This document shows, one piece after another, positions 1 to 12,140 of a stretch of DNA of 64,000 nucleotides. Source of the stretch: Eremomyces bilateralis CBS 781.70. Its lineage: Eukaryota. Every line of letters starts with the position of its first letter. The first letter of the stretch is position 1. Position numbers and translations under genes: made by a program. The stretch lies in NCBI GenBank assembly GCA_010015585.1, contig ML975153.1, one strand, 5' to 3'. The notes beneath the pieces were generated by a model that was not told the origin of the DNA, searched no databases, and saw only the letters and a program-made list of their open reading frames with translations.

Positions 1-365
1 TATCTGTAGTTATTGCTTATGCAAACCCTAGTCATACGTTATGGTGGCTGACTTGATCACTTTCATCGACCTGCGTGTGACTGCGCTACATATTTATACC
101 ATTTTAATCGATATAAGATACACTTCTATTATTGAGTGGGGTGGGGGTCGCAGTAAACCTCTTCCTGAATTCCTCCTGGTGACGAGTGTCCAACCAGATG
201 GGCAGTTAGGAAATTGGTTCCCTCCGACGAGCGAGAGGCTCAAGAAATCGTAACAAACATGTCCCATAACCCTAAAAAACCATCATTGTTGCTCAGAACA
301 TCTTCGACGACGGCTCCCCATCCCTTCTCTGTTGCGGAGCTCGCCATCAACGGATCGGCGTAGAG

Positions 366-1706
366 TCACGGGCTAAGGGGGGCCTGAATCCGAGGGGGTG
401 CCTGAATCTTCCTGGGCATGATCCGTTCCACTGTATGGAATGCTTCGAAGACGAGAGCCGTCACCTGAGCTTTGGACAGGGTCATGAACGGGGTCGGCAC
501 CTTGCTCAGTCGATAAAGAGCCTCCGCAAGAAACGCTCGACAAAGCCGATACTCGACGATGAGCCCGGTGGACACCATGACGTCCCTGGTCAGCATGAGG
601 CTGTACGCATTCGCCGTAACGATGTCCGGCCACACCGCACGGATGTCGACCGCAAGCGCTTCGTACTGATCCGCGGGAAAGGCAATGTCGATTCGGAGAA
701 ACTGGGCGAGCCGCGTAGGCAGAGGACAGTACCCGGTATTGGAGTTTCCGACGAGGTACCACAGGGTTTTGAGTTTAGTCGCATCTCCCGTCTGCTTGTA
801 ATTACGTACCAGATCCTTGAGCTGATCGCCGAATGATTCTGCCACGTGCAGGATGCTGCCCGCCAAGTCTTTTTCCTGAATCTGCCCTGCATGTGCCGTT
901 GGCGCTCCATGTTGGTTATCAGCTGGCTGGAATCCCGTCTGCCGATGGAATGGATCGTTATTGCCATTTCGAGCGGTCCCGTCACGCTCTCCGTCCTCCA
1001 ATCCCCAGATTTCTCCGCCATCATCGCTTGTTCCGTCTCTATCACTGATTCCTCCCTGCTCCGACAAAATCTCCGCTCCCTTGCCCAGCTGGAAGGCCAC
1101 GCCCATGGCTCGGTTGCCCCAGTGGACGCTACGCGCTTCGACGGTCCGTCCGGGAAGGTTATCACGAAAGTGCGAAAGAAAGAACACCTCATTTCGCATT
1201 CCACGGTACGGGGTGCATAAGCCGTGTTTGTCGGGGTCAATCAGAGCGAAGACCTTGAATCCTCCGGCCTCTCTTCGTTGCTCTGTGGTGATCCGTACCA
1301 CTGCCATGAATGGAAGTTGATTCCCATGATCCCAGTTCAACACTGATTCTCGAGAAGGCGGGGTAACACCGACAACGATATCTTTATTCACATAGTTGGC
1401 GGATTTCATGTATCGATGGCCGAGGCCCGGAACGATATATCCGATCAAGAGGTATTTGTCGGCGTATTCTGACGGGGATGCTCGTGTCTCTGCCTTAGTC
1501 AGATTATGCGTCGTTCGAATGGTAACGCCATCAGCGCCCAATCGTCGAGTATACGGGATGCTCGAATTCGACCACGCATTGATAAGCGTAAAGTGCTTGG
1601 GCGTCGGCGTCGGAAGCTGAAGCGCCCAACCGCAGGGATTGATCGCATATTCCGTCTGCTGCGGGCCTTGCGAGGGCTGAGCCGGTGAACTGACAGCCAC
1701 TGCCAT
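366..1706 (-). CDS. Hypothetical protein, 446 aa, intronless, no recognisable domain
   Basis: Long uninterrupted ORF with an ATG. Two apparently globular halves joined by an acidic Gly/Asp linker. No family motif recognised. Confidence 0.6.
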   Translation of the reverse strand: MAVAVSSPAQPSQGPQQTEYAINPCGWALQLPTPTPKHFTLINAWSNSSIPYTRRLGADGVTIRTTHNLTKAETRASPSEYADKYLLIGYIVPGLGHRYMKSANYVNKDIVVGVTPPSRESVLNWDHGNQLPFMAVVRITTEQRREAGGFKVFALIDPDKHGLCTPYRGMRNEVFFLSHFRDNLPGRTVEARSVHWGNRAMGVAFQLGKGAEILSEQGGISDRDGTSDDGGEIWGLEDGERDGTARNGNNDPFHRQTGFQPADNQHGAPTAHAGQIQEKDLAGSILHVAESFGDQLKDLVRNYKQTGDATKLKTLWYLVGNSNTGYCPLPTRLAQFLRIDIAFPADQYEALAVDIRAVWPDIVTANAYSLMLTRDVMVSTGLIVEYRLCRAFLAEALYRLSKVPTPFMTLSKAQVTALVFEAFHTVERIMPRKIQAPPRIQAPLSP

Positions 1707-2746
1707 TGGGAATGAGGCTTAGGAGACGTAGTCGATAGCAAAAGGAAGGCCTCTAGTGATCGAGATGAGTGATAGAAATTAGTGCGAGGCTCAGATCGAA
1801 AACTCGATGTGACTGAGTTTGGACGGTGCAAGAGGAAGATGTAAGAATGAGAGTGGAAAGTCACTAAGTGTGTTATTAGGACTGGCTCACTCTTACGTGA
1901 TAACAATTTGGAAATCCTCATCTTCACTTCCCACTGACATTGGTACGTGCACGTATCTCATATCAGTCCAGTCACCGAATCTATTTACCCTAAAGGCAAA
2001 CCTCAACCTGTAAAGTTGGATTGAACAGGTCAGTCAGAACAGGTTAGCAATCGCCAAAAGGTCATGTCGATGTCCATGAGAAGTGATTTCCCGATAGTCC
2101 CTCCTCTTGAAATATCGATAGTGAGAGCGAGCTGATGAAGGCATCCGCAATTAAATGTGAGTCCCAGGAATAAGCTGCAGGGTGCCATAACATCTGTTCT
2201 GGAAGGAATTGCTATTTTATACTAGATACTGTACCCTGAGAATGCTCCTTACAGCAACACTACTAGTATCGACGGTGCTGCAAGTGATGACCAGATAGAG
2301 AGAAACAGTGCACTGCTACCAATCTACGGGTGGAAGTACCAATAGTGGTCCAAAATTCAGTCCAGAGCATCTACCAAGGTTGTATAATCAAAAATAGTGA
2401 CCTGGAGCAGAGTCGAGCATCGGATGGCGGATTGATTTCTTTCTGGAGTGTGTAGATTTGCGATGTTGAGAAAGGGATGAATGACCAAGTGACGTTGAAC
2501 TGAATAGTGATCAGCTGACTGCAGTGGAGACACTGCTCACTTGGCCAATGCCCCTTCCTCCCATTACTGTTTGGGCCTTACTGCCTTAGGCACAATTAAT
2601 CGACCTTGACGGCCCCCACAATCGGCAAATCCCGCAGCAAAATACATCTCGAACTTTCGACCTCCGGCCTTCCACCTCTCGTCGCCAACTGCATCCTCTA
2701 CTAGATCACTCACATACGAGATACATCCTCGACAATCTAGCTCAAG

Positions 2747-3269
2747 ATGTCCACCGCCGAGCTTGCCACCTCTTACGCCGCTCTCATCCTGGCCGATGAT
2801 GGCCTCGATATCACCGTAAGTGTCCCTCCGCCTCGATACTCCCTCGCACTCGCTAACCCCAATATCTAGGCCGACAAGCTGCAGAACCTCCTCAAGGCCG
2901 CCAAGGTCGAGGAAGTCGAGCCCATCTGGACCTCGCTCTTCGCTAAGGTAAATCACGCCTCCACACAACTTATATCTGTAACCGAAGAACCTCGACTCTG
3001 ACGATGATCAACTCCCACAGGCGCTCGAGGGCAAGGACGTGAAGGATCTGCTTCTGAACGTCGGCTCCGGCGGCGGCGCCGCCGCTGCCGCTGCTCCTGC
3101 CGCCGGTGGTGCTGCTGCCACCGAGGACGCTCCGGCCGCCGAGGAAGAGAAGGAAGAAGGTACGCGAACTCTCCCCATCTCCCGCGGTTCGACGCACGAT
3201 CGCTAACTTCTACCTGTGATAGCCCCGGAGGAATCCGACGACGACATGGGCTTCGGTCTGTTCGACTAA
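2747..3269 (+). CDS. RPP1: 60S acidic ribosomal protein P1 (exons 2747-2815, 2870-2947, 3021-3159, 3223-3269)
   Basis: Spliced product [67 protein letters not shown]...[14 protein letters not shown]1-type N-terminus, conserved P-stalk C-terminus, canonical GT-AG introns. Confidence 0.97.
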
Positions 3270-3751
3270 GCTTGCTGCTTTCCACACCGCGATTCCCTCT
3301 TGCATTGTCTGGGTCGGATGGCGTCTGCTTTGTGCTGGGGACTTTCGGGACACGTTCGATAAAAATGGTCGGGATGCGCGGTCAACACGGTTCATTCGAA
3401 ACCCTTCGGGCCCGTCCTACATTATCTCTTCCTAGTGGTCCTTGAAAAATGGCATTGACTCGATACAATGACGAGCGGTTACACTGTCCTCGGGCAAAAT
3501 AGAGAAACCTGGATGTCTCCCATGTGTGCCATCCGTGACGGCGGTTGCTCCACGTCGGTCGTGGTCCCGTGCAAACACCAATCAATGCGTGACGTACTGC
3601 ATCACAAACTAATCCGTATCCCATGATCACAGTCCTGCGACGCTCGAAAATGCTTCCTGAGAATCCTGTTCCCCAACACCTGCGCTAATGCAATTCTAAT
3701 GTATGTCCCGGCGACCCGTCGATCGTCCCTCATCTTCCCCATGATTCCGAC

Positions 3752-6559
3752 TCAAATTCGCCGCTGCGTGAGAGGCGCTTGACGATCCCTATCCATCATG
3801 ACGCCGCCCGGACCCGTAAAAGTGTGAGTCCCCGGCGTGCTGGGGACCGTTGCCTGGGCGGCCGGACCGAGCGCTGCGCTCAGCGGTGTCGCCGGCATCG
3901 ATGTCCCATACCCACTCCCTAGATGATGATGCTGATATACCCCGGTACCAGGCGCGGGCATGGATGGTGCGGCGGTCGCGGTCATTGTGTTGCTTCGGCC
4001 GGATCGAGAGGTGAGATCCCGCCACGGCGAGTCGTTGATGACGTGCGAAAGCTCCTTGTTGGCACGGTGCAGTGGCTTCATGTATGCTTTGATCTCGTCC
4101 CGGATCAGACCATGCTGGCGAGGTTCCTTCATTGCCGCGATCAATTCCACCCAAGTCTATAAGTGGTGGTTAGTAATGGCGTACAAATGGCGTTAGTAAG
4201 AGAGGGTACAAACCTGGTTATAGGTGCTGGTCAACCGCCAGAAATCGGGCTGATTGCGAACAACCGGATCTTTCAGCTTGATCGAGGACAGTCGGCGATG
4301 CAGACTTCGCGCCGCACTGGTCATATCCTCGCATTTCTGGATCAACCGCATCCAGTACCGGTGCATCATCTCATCCGTCCCGAACTTCCGCATGACCGAT
4401 TCTCTGTCGCGAAGCAGGATCGACTGGACGGGGGGGATGGCGCTCAACGCCATCTCAGTGGCACCCTTCAACTGCAAGTAAACCCGCTCGAAAATCATCT
4501 CCTCTTCGCTGTCTTCCATTTCCGTGAGTGTATTGCTGCGAGACAAGCCCGGGCCAAACGCTGGGAATGACTCTGTCGAGTGCGGCGTAGCCATGCTCGT
4601 GAGCGTGTTGGATCGGCTTGTGATGTTGCTTCGAGGAAGCATACCCTGGGAGTTCGCCGGAGCGAACCGCGACGCATGCAGGTGCGCTCCAAGTTGATTT
4701 CGCGACCCGTCCAACCGCTTTCGGATTCTCGATTCTGGGCTGCTCGCAGCCGTGCTGGTGGGCGTGACTCTCTCCATATGCGGTGGCGTCCGTGACTCTT
4801 CCAGAAGCTCCAATCCAAGGAGATCCATCGCTTGCCGTAATTCGAGGGTACTACCGTGTAGCAACAGCATCGCGGTCCGCAGAACGGCGCGTGAGCATTT
4901 CGCTACGATGATGTCGGTATGCGGGAGGATCTGATCCCACGCACTTGCACACGTGGACAAGCTGCTCTTGACCCTCGCTTGGATGAGGACTTCCACTCCT
5001 GGTGCCTCTTCCGGATTCTCGTCGCATAAGGCTTCAAAGGCCGATAGCAGGTGGTGCAGCTCGCTCAAGTCGATATGCAAGTCGTGCAGCACGCCGAGTA
5101 AATCCGATGTCTCGGCGACACCGTATTTTTGCATCATTTTCACCATGATTTGACCAACGTCCCGGACCTGGGATACCGCCCAGACAGTGTGCATCGCAGC
5201 GGCGATCACCCGATCGACTTCTCGGCCAGGAACATTCTCGCGGCTTAGGAGGTCAGACAGCTTCTGGTTGTTCAGACTCTGACGGACTCCTCCATTCGCA
5301 AATTCGTTGAAACCGGACGGCGGCGCGCCGTTTGCGTTGTTCGCAGGCACTGCCGCGCCATTTAACGCCGAGTTATGGCTGAGGCCTCGCAGATGACTTC
5401 CCCGCCGAAGCGTGTTTTCATCCACAGTCCCCAAGTGTTCCGTACCCTTTCCTGGAACCATACCCATTCTCTTGGTGCGGAAGGTTGCCGAAGTGACGCT
5501 TTCGCTGCGAGTTCTATTCCTCTCGCTTGCGTTTGCGATGATGAGAGGTGTAATCGGTGGCTGCCGCGGACCCGGTCCTAGCACCTGGCCCTGCGATGAC
5601 TGATTCCTGAAGTGGGAGCGGGTAGGTATCGGAGGAGGGTGTGCAGGAGATTCTGGCCGTATCAACTCCAAACTATCGATGCCACTAATACTCGGCTTCA
5701 CCGGGAATCGGGTGCCCGCCGCCCGCCTGAGCGGACGTGGCGTTTCTGCATCCGCATCGCTGGTCTCCCCTTCCGACTCGCTCTGGAACTTCGCCCGGTT
5801 GGCCGCCGCCCGCAAGTATTTTTTCACCTGCCGGGTGATGGCCACCTCCTTCTCGCCTTCATTCGTGGGTGCGGTGCCGTCCGCCTGGATCGCGCAGACG
5901 TCGGCTGGGGGAAATGCCAGAGGGTTGTTGTCCAACTTCAGGACCCGAAGACTGTACAGATCGCCGAGGCAGACGGGCAGTCGCTCGATACGGTTTCGAG
6001 AGATGGCGAGGACTTTGAGGGAAGTCAGGTTTCCGATTTCGTCGGGAAGTGAGCGGAGCTTGTTTTTGCTGATGTCGAGGATTTCAAGGGAGGACAGTTG
6101 GAGGACCTAGACTTGTCAGCGTCTGGGGGGTTCTCCGGAACGCGAAACCGAGAAAACATACCGGCGAGGGAAGCTCTTTTAACAGGTTATAGCGAGCATT
6201 TAGATATCGCAGCCTCCTGCATTCAGCTAGCTTCGCAGGGAAGGTGGTGATTTGATTGTGTGATATCGCGAGCCTAATCTGGTCAGAACGTCACATGTGC
6301 GGACGACGTCGACAAGATGACGGGGATGTTTGCTGTACCTTTCTATCTCATCCTTTATTGCCTCAATTGCTTCATCCGGCAGCCGCGGGATATTATGATG
6401 CCCCAAATCGATCGTGATGCCCGGCTGCTGTACCCCGTCCGGCGTCCCACCCCCGACTCCGGCCGGACGACGATGATCCTCTCTCGACGTCTGGATGGCG
6501 TTTTTCACCAACGCAACCACGTCGGCATCGGACTTCGCCAGCCCGGCATCCTCGCTCAT
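3752..6559 (-). CDS. SOG2: RAM signalling network leucine-rich repeat protein Sog2 (multi-exon)
   Basis: N-terminal LRRs after splicing (IDLGHHNIPRLP; LEILDISKNKLRSLPDEIGNLTSLKVLAISRNRIERLP; LKLDNNPLAFPP), a Ser/Arg-rich middle, a helical C-terminal domain and a C-terminal VPATPLSAALGPAAQATVP-like motif typical of filamentous-fungal Sog2. Confidence 0.85.
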
Positions 6560-7595
6560 GATGCGGGAGGGTTATGAAGCGTGCAGGCCAACGGCGAGGC
6601 CGCGTGTGGTTTGGATGTTTGCCGGGGTGAGAGATGCGAATGGAGATGTCGGGAGCATGACGAGGCGGCGGTGAGAAGAGATGGGAAGATGGGATAGGGG
6701 ATCCAAGCGGGGAAAAGAGAAAAGAGGGAAGAGAACGGATGAGGCGTGTTGCAGAGGGTGCGACGAACGAGGCAGAATGCTAATAATGGCGAGAATCTAG
6801 GCACGGCATCACGACTCACGTACGATGTTGAAGCATGCAGGTCAAGACTCCAGCCGTCAAGCTACGCCGCTACGGGACTGACGCTCGTGGTTCCAACGGG
6901 TCGACACTCGACACGCGATGTCTGTGGCGCTGGACTGGAGTCTGGAGTTAAACAAGAACGGGACCAGACCGGATGGGGGGCATTGTGGACAGTTGGACTC
7001 TCCATGAAAATGACTAAGTATTATTCCAATCAATAAAATGCTCCACTAAGTATCAACCGTTGAAATATACCGTTGCAACGGAACCTAAGCCCAGGGCGTT
7101 CTTTACCAGAATGAGCTCGATAATTCCCGTATAATTGGTTGGACCCTTCACAGCTATTTCCTAAACTGCAGCCATCCCAATTGCTTCGTGAACCGATTTC
7201 ACCTGCTTAAATAATACCGATCAGAATCCCAAACCGGCATTGACGACCGATCGAAGCAGCCTCGGGATCATCTGCCACGCCTCTCTCCTGCGTTAGTGCC
7301 GTACCGCTCAACCGTTGCTCGCTGCAGGGCTAATTACAGTCCAGGCATTACTCCCGACTCCCGACATCTAGCCCTATCGATATTATTTCGGGTTCGAAAG
7401 CGCGGAAAAAGAGGCCCACAGGAAGTCATCGACCCGCGGTGGATGCAGCGGCAGATATTCCTCGCCCGATCCCTTCGTTTCCCTTCATCCCTTCGCTTCT
7501 CGAGCCCCTTCGGTGGCCTGCCTCTACACCGCTCCGCGCATCTTGAACGCTCCCTATCCCCATTCCATCCCTGGCTCGCGTCCCCTTCGGGAAAG

Positions 7596-8323
7596 ATGAG
7601 TGCCGACACGAGTAAGCTCACGAACTTCCGTCGGGAACCTTCCCTCATGCTAACCCCCTCCCCCCTCTAGGAATGATCTCCCGCCTCATCGTCCTCTCCG
7701 GCCCCAGCGGCGTCGGCAAAAGCACCATCAAAGATCGCCTGATGTCCGAATACCCTGACAAGTTCGAGTTCAGCGTCAGCCACACCACGCGCGCGCCCCG
7801 CCGGAAAGCCAACGTCAGCGACGCCTTGGAGCAAGACGGCGAGGACTACTGGTTCGTGCCCATGGAGCGGTTCGACGCCATGGTCGCGAACGACGAGTTC
7901 GTTGAGCACGCGGTGTTCGGACGGAATAAATACGGGACGTCGAAGGCGGCGATCGAGAAGATTGCCGATGCTGGACGCGTGTGCTTGCTGGATATCGAGA
8001 TGGAGGTACGCTGGCTCGATGGCGTTCGAAAAATGGGATCATGCTAATTGGGGCTTCATCACGTGCAGGGCGTCAAACAAATCCGAAACTCGACCCTTCC
8101 CGCGCGATTCCTGTTCGTCGCGCCGCCGTCGGTGGAGGTGCTCGAGGGGCGGTTGCGCGGGCGGGCGACGGACGACGAGGACTCGATCCAGCGGCGGTTG
8201 GACCAGGCGAAGCGGGAGATCGAGTACGCGAACTCGGACGCCGTGCACGACAAGATCGTGGTGAACGATGATCTAGAGACGGCATATCGGGAAGTGCGGG
8301 ATTTCTGTCTTCAGGGGTTTTGA
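7596..8323 (+). CDS. GUK1: Guanylate kinase (3 exons; introns ~7612-7670 and ~8006-8068)
   Basis: P-loop LSGPSGVGKST, FSVSHTTR.PR, DY.FV, GNKYGTS-like motif, LDIEMEGVKQI, FVAPPS..LE.RLRGRATD, IVVNDDL. Confidence 0.95.
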
Positions 8324-9017
8324 GACGCGGCGGGTCAGGGGGAAGGGGGGACGAGTCGAGGGGGATGATACTAGAGGTCATACGAGCATCTATATTACAC
8401 GGCATTATACGGTGTTGGTTTTTCACTATTTGTTCAATTTGTCGCTAGACTAAGTGGTGCGAGCCACGATGATGGATGGCATGAATGAACGGATCATGAC
8501 ACCAAATTTGCGAACGCCGTCCACCCCTATGTATGCAATGTGTGTGTCGTGACGAGGAGCTTGCTGTTGCTCCCCCACAAGGAATAAAACAAAGGAAAAG
8601 GTCATGGGGGGTCATGACCGTGAATGCAAGAGGACCCCAATGCAATTAAAGTCTTTAGAATGGCTCCATGCATGATACGCGTCGCCTGTACCGCAGCCGG
8701 CAGTAGTAGCGTAACCAGGAACATGGCAGAAAAGCGAAATCCAAAACCGAACACCTAGATTTTCTATGCAAAGCGTTCGCGTCGCCGGGCGGGCGTCGGA
8801 ACGGTGATAAGGAAAGGATGCCTCTATGATGCTACAGGGACCGGAGCCACCTGTCAGTAGAAAATGCACGACCAGAGGGTCGCGTGGGAGGCCGTCGTCA
8901 ATCTATCCGTCCGCACATGCAGGGGGGAAGTCGATCGGAACCGTCGAGTGTTCCGTTCGCGCGGTCAAAGATAGAGGAGAGAGGAGGTGATCGCTGCAAA
9001 CGATCGGCGCGCAAATC

Positions 9018-11725
9018 TTATGACGTAGATGTTCGTGTGGGCGCGGCTAACGCGACGTCCAAATTTCGCTCGTGGATGACCGACGTATATTTTGGCTCGC
9101 GCATGAATTTCGGAACCGAGTCCTATAAAAAAAAACTGTCAATCGCAAATCCACAAACATAGGATACCGCAGAGACTTACGCTAGCCATGAGCTTAAACA
9201 CGGATGTTTGCGCCTGATCGAATAGCGAGGCGACTTCGTCGAGACTCTTGATCATTGCTTCATCATCGCCCACCGCTCGGGTCATTCGAGCTGCGAGGGC
9301 GGTCCGTAGCGTATAGTCGATATTCAGTTCGCATGGAGAACCAGGGGCCAGGAAAGCGTTGTAAAGGCCTGAAAAAGTCGGTCAGCATGATTTCGCAGCT
9401 TGACAATCGAATAGAAAAGAGAATGACTTACTGTATGCAGCCGCAAGCGTCTCGCGGATCGTTTCCAGTTTAGGTGATGAGCTGCTCTTCTTGGCATTCT
9501 TGTACTGTTCGAGGAAAATCTTGACGTCCAAATAGAATGATAAGTTCTCCTCGCAGTGGGTGTCGCGCAAAAACTCGCGGAAGAGCAGTCGCAGCGCGGG
9601 ATCGTTGACGATGACTTGCATGCGATTGGCATTTGAATCGCGGGCGGTTCCTTCCCTTGCTCGCAACGTGCTGTTATCACCATTGGCGGACGAGGTGCTG
9701 GGGCTGACCCAACCTGCCACTCTCTGACCCTTCTCCGTAAACGAGTAAATGGCAGTTTTGGAGGGATTGAACCCGGTCCGATTGTCGCGCTCGCCATTGG
9801 GTGCAATGTGCTGGATCATATTGTATTGGGTGAACAGCGAGGCCAGCTCGAACGCTTCCCGCTTGTCTACCATCGTGCAGCAGTCGAGCAGCCAATCGAC
9901 CGCCGCTTTGCCCGTGAACGTGTTCCATAATACCCGATCACCGACTTTTCGTTCTTTGGCCAGCTTCACGCCGACCAGGCCGGTCACGTAGTCGTTGAGC
10001 GAGTCGGAATCGGAGGCGGATGTTGAGGTCTTCACGTTCGGCTCGGCGCCAGCGAAACGACGGAAAATGACTTCGATGGTGGCTTGATCCCGGTGCAGGC
10101 GGTCCGTTTCGTTCTCCCTCTCAAGAATGACGAGGTGCATAGTATTTCTCGGCGAGTCTAACAGGTCGTAGACGTGTCTTTGGTTGATGCCGTTGCGTTG
10201 ACAGAACCGTTGCAGAATGTGCATGCCTTTGGGTGTGAGTTGCCAAACGGCGCTCTTGGATGAGAAGTCGGTCTTGCCGTCCACCGAGTCGATGAAACGC
10301 GCTTCGAGGAAGCGATGGCATACGGACCGTGCCATCTCCTTCGCCATGGAGAAGGTGGTGGTCGTGGTCGTGGTGACAATGCGGGATGGGTCTTTCGGGT
10401 CGGGCATTCGGTTGGACTGGGAGAATTTCAAGGAGCCCAGGTTGGTGATGGCTTCCTCGGAGGAGAAGGTATGTTCGACCTTCTGGAATCGGACGCGATG
10501 CGAGGTTAGGGGCAGGCTGACCATCAACGTCGAGAAGAGGTCTTTGAAGTCCTGGTACATCATGAATTTATCAGCGTCATTCTCACCGGGCGAGTGGGGG
10601 CCTGCATTGGAGGTCTGGAACCAAGTTTCAGTACGATCCTAACGAACGAGCGGTCAAGGGGTAGTCGCACTACACCCACTCGAACGACTGGCAAATTGCG
10701 ATGCGAAGGGGGGGAGACAGTATCGCCGGTCGAGACAGAGAGGCCATCGGCCATGGTCCGTGATATAATTGCGGATCGATCTCTGCGCTTGATTCCGACT
10801 TCATGGCCGCTCGGATTCCATATCCCTCATCGCGACACAGAACAAGGACCGGATCCGCAACACATGGCCAGGCTCGACGGCAACACAATTGGGCAATTGG
10901 GAAGCAAAAAAAAAAAGCAAAAGTAGGGGACAATGCAAATCAAGTACGGGAAAGGAGAGATTCGATTGCACTCACCCTTGTGAAAGGCCGGTCATCATCG
11001 GTCATGCGAAGCAGTCTAGAGGATGTTTGATGCATTTTGCGGATGGTAGGAGGTGATTCGGGTTGGTCGAGGTCGAAAGAAGCAGCAGAAGAGGGTGCTT
11101 TCGAGTGCAAAGCCGATGATGAAGTGGGAGGCCGTGGGTGGTCCTTGGAATCCAAACCTCCGACCGTCGTCAGGTCGTTGGACACGTTCTCGGGGTGGTT
11201 CGACCGGTTCGGTTGGTGGAGAATGGTCGTGGATCGGTGCGACAGGTCTGCCGTTTGTGGATTACACAGCAGGCCTGGAGCAGAGCCAGTATCCGGGTTC
11301 TTGGGCTCGCGCACGGCAGGCTGCGTGCAAGGGAGCACGAGGTCCTCGTTGGGCAACCCGACCGAGTTTCCAGACGTTGGAGGAGGGACGGCGACAGCGG
11401 AAGTCGAAGTCGTGTGAGTTGTGGCGGCAGCGGCGGCGGCAGCTCTTCGGGCTGACCAGTATGAATGCAATCGAGAAGGCCTTCGGGTTAGGCGAGATCG
11501 AGGGGGTTTGGCGGAGGAATTTGCAGGGACGGCGGTGGTGGTGGTAGTGGTGGGAATAATATTATTTTCGGAGTTGGTTGGGCGGGCGACTTGCGACGAT
11601 GCACGAGGCGATGTGAACGTCAGCGGAGGTCGATCGTCGCGTGGCAGGTCCCACGTTGTTGGTTCCAAGGAAAGTTGGTGACTCTCGAGTTGACGTTGGG
11701 GTGGATGGGGGAGAGGCAATATCAT
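9018..11725 (-). CDS. flbA: Regulator of G-protein signalling, FlbA/Sst2 type (DEP-DEP-RGS). Start uncertain: 11725 or the MHQTSS ATG near 11035
   Basis: MHQTSSRLLRMTDDDRPFTR|DFKDLFSTLMVSL; DEP motifs (FSSEEAITNL, TFTGKAAVDWLLDC); RGS box DPALRLLFREFLRDTHCEENLSFY...LYNAFLAPGSPCELNID...KLMAS|DSVPKF; stop TAA at 9018-9020. Confidence 0.93.
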
Positions 11726-12100
11726 CGGGGGCGCGAGTATGCACTACCGGTATGCAGGAGGCATGGAGAGAGCATGGGAAGACAATGAGGAGGTTGGTCC
11801 GTTCGTGCCCTTCGTGGTGTGCGGTATACGGTGGAATTGAGTTAGCCTGCAGCTTGCAGGAGGAGTGGACGACTAACTCAGGCCCTAGTGAAGATTTGGG
11901 GTGTTGGTGGGATGGGGGAGCAGAATAATGAATGAGTGGCGAGTGGTTAGAGTGTAGTAGACTGGTAGTAGTAATAAGAACTAATAAGTGGTGGATGGAT
12001 GGGGGTGGACGGTGTGTCAACTGTCAACGCCTTGAAGCACCTCAATTCCTCAAAGAATTATGGGGCGGATGGAATAAAGCCGCACCACGCGATGGTGGAT

Positions 12101-12140
12101 CTGAATAGTGAATGGGAACTGAATAGTGAATGGGAACTGA
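12101..12140. repeat. 18-bp tandem duplication CTGAATAGTGAATGGGAA x2
   Basis: Seen directly, upstream of the flbA-type gene. Confidence 0.85.

Noticed and set aside
1..300. Isolated AACCCTA telomere-like words
   Set aside because: Single scattered copies, not an array.
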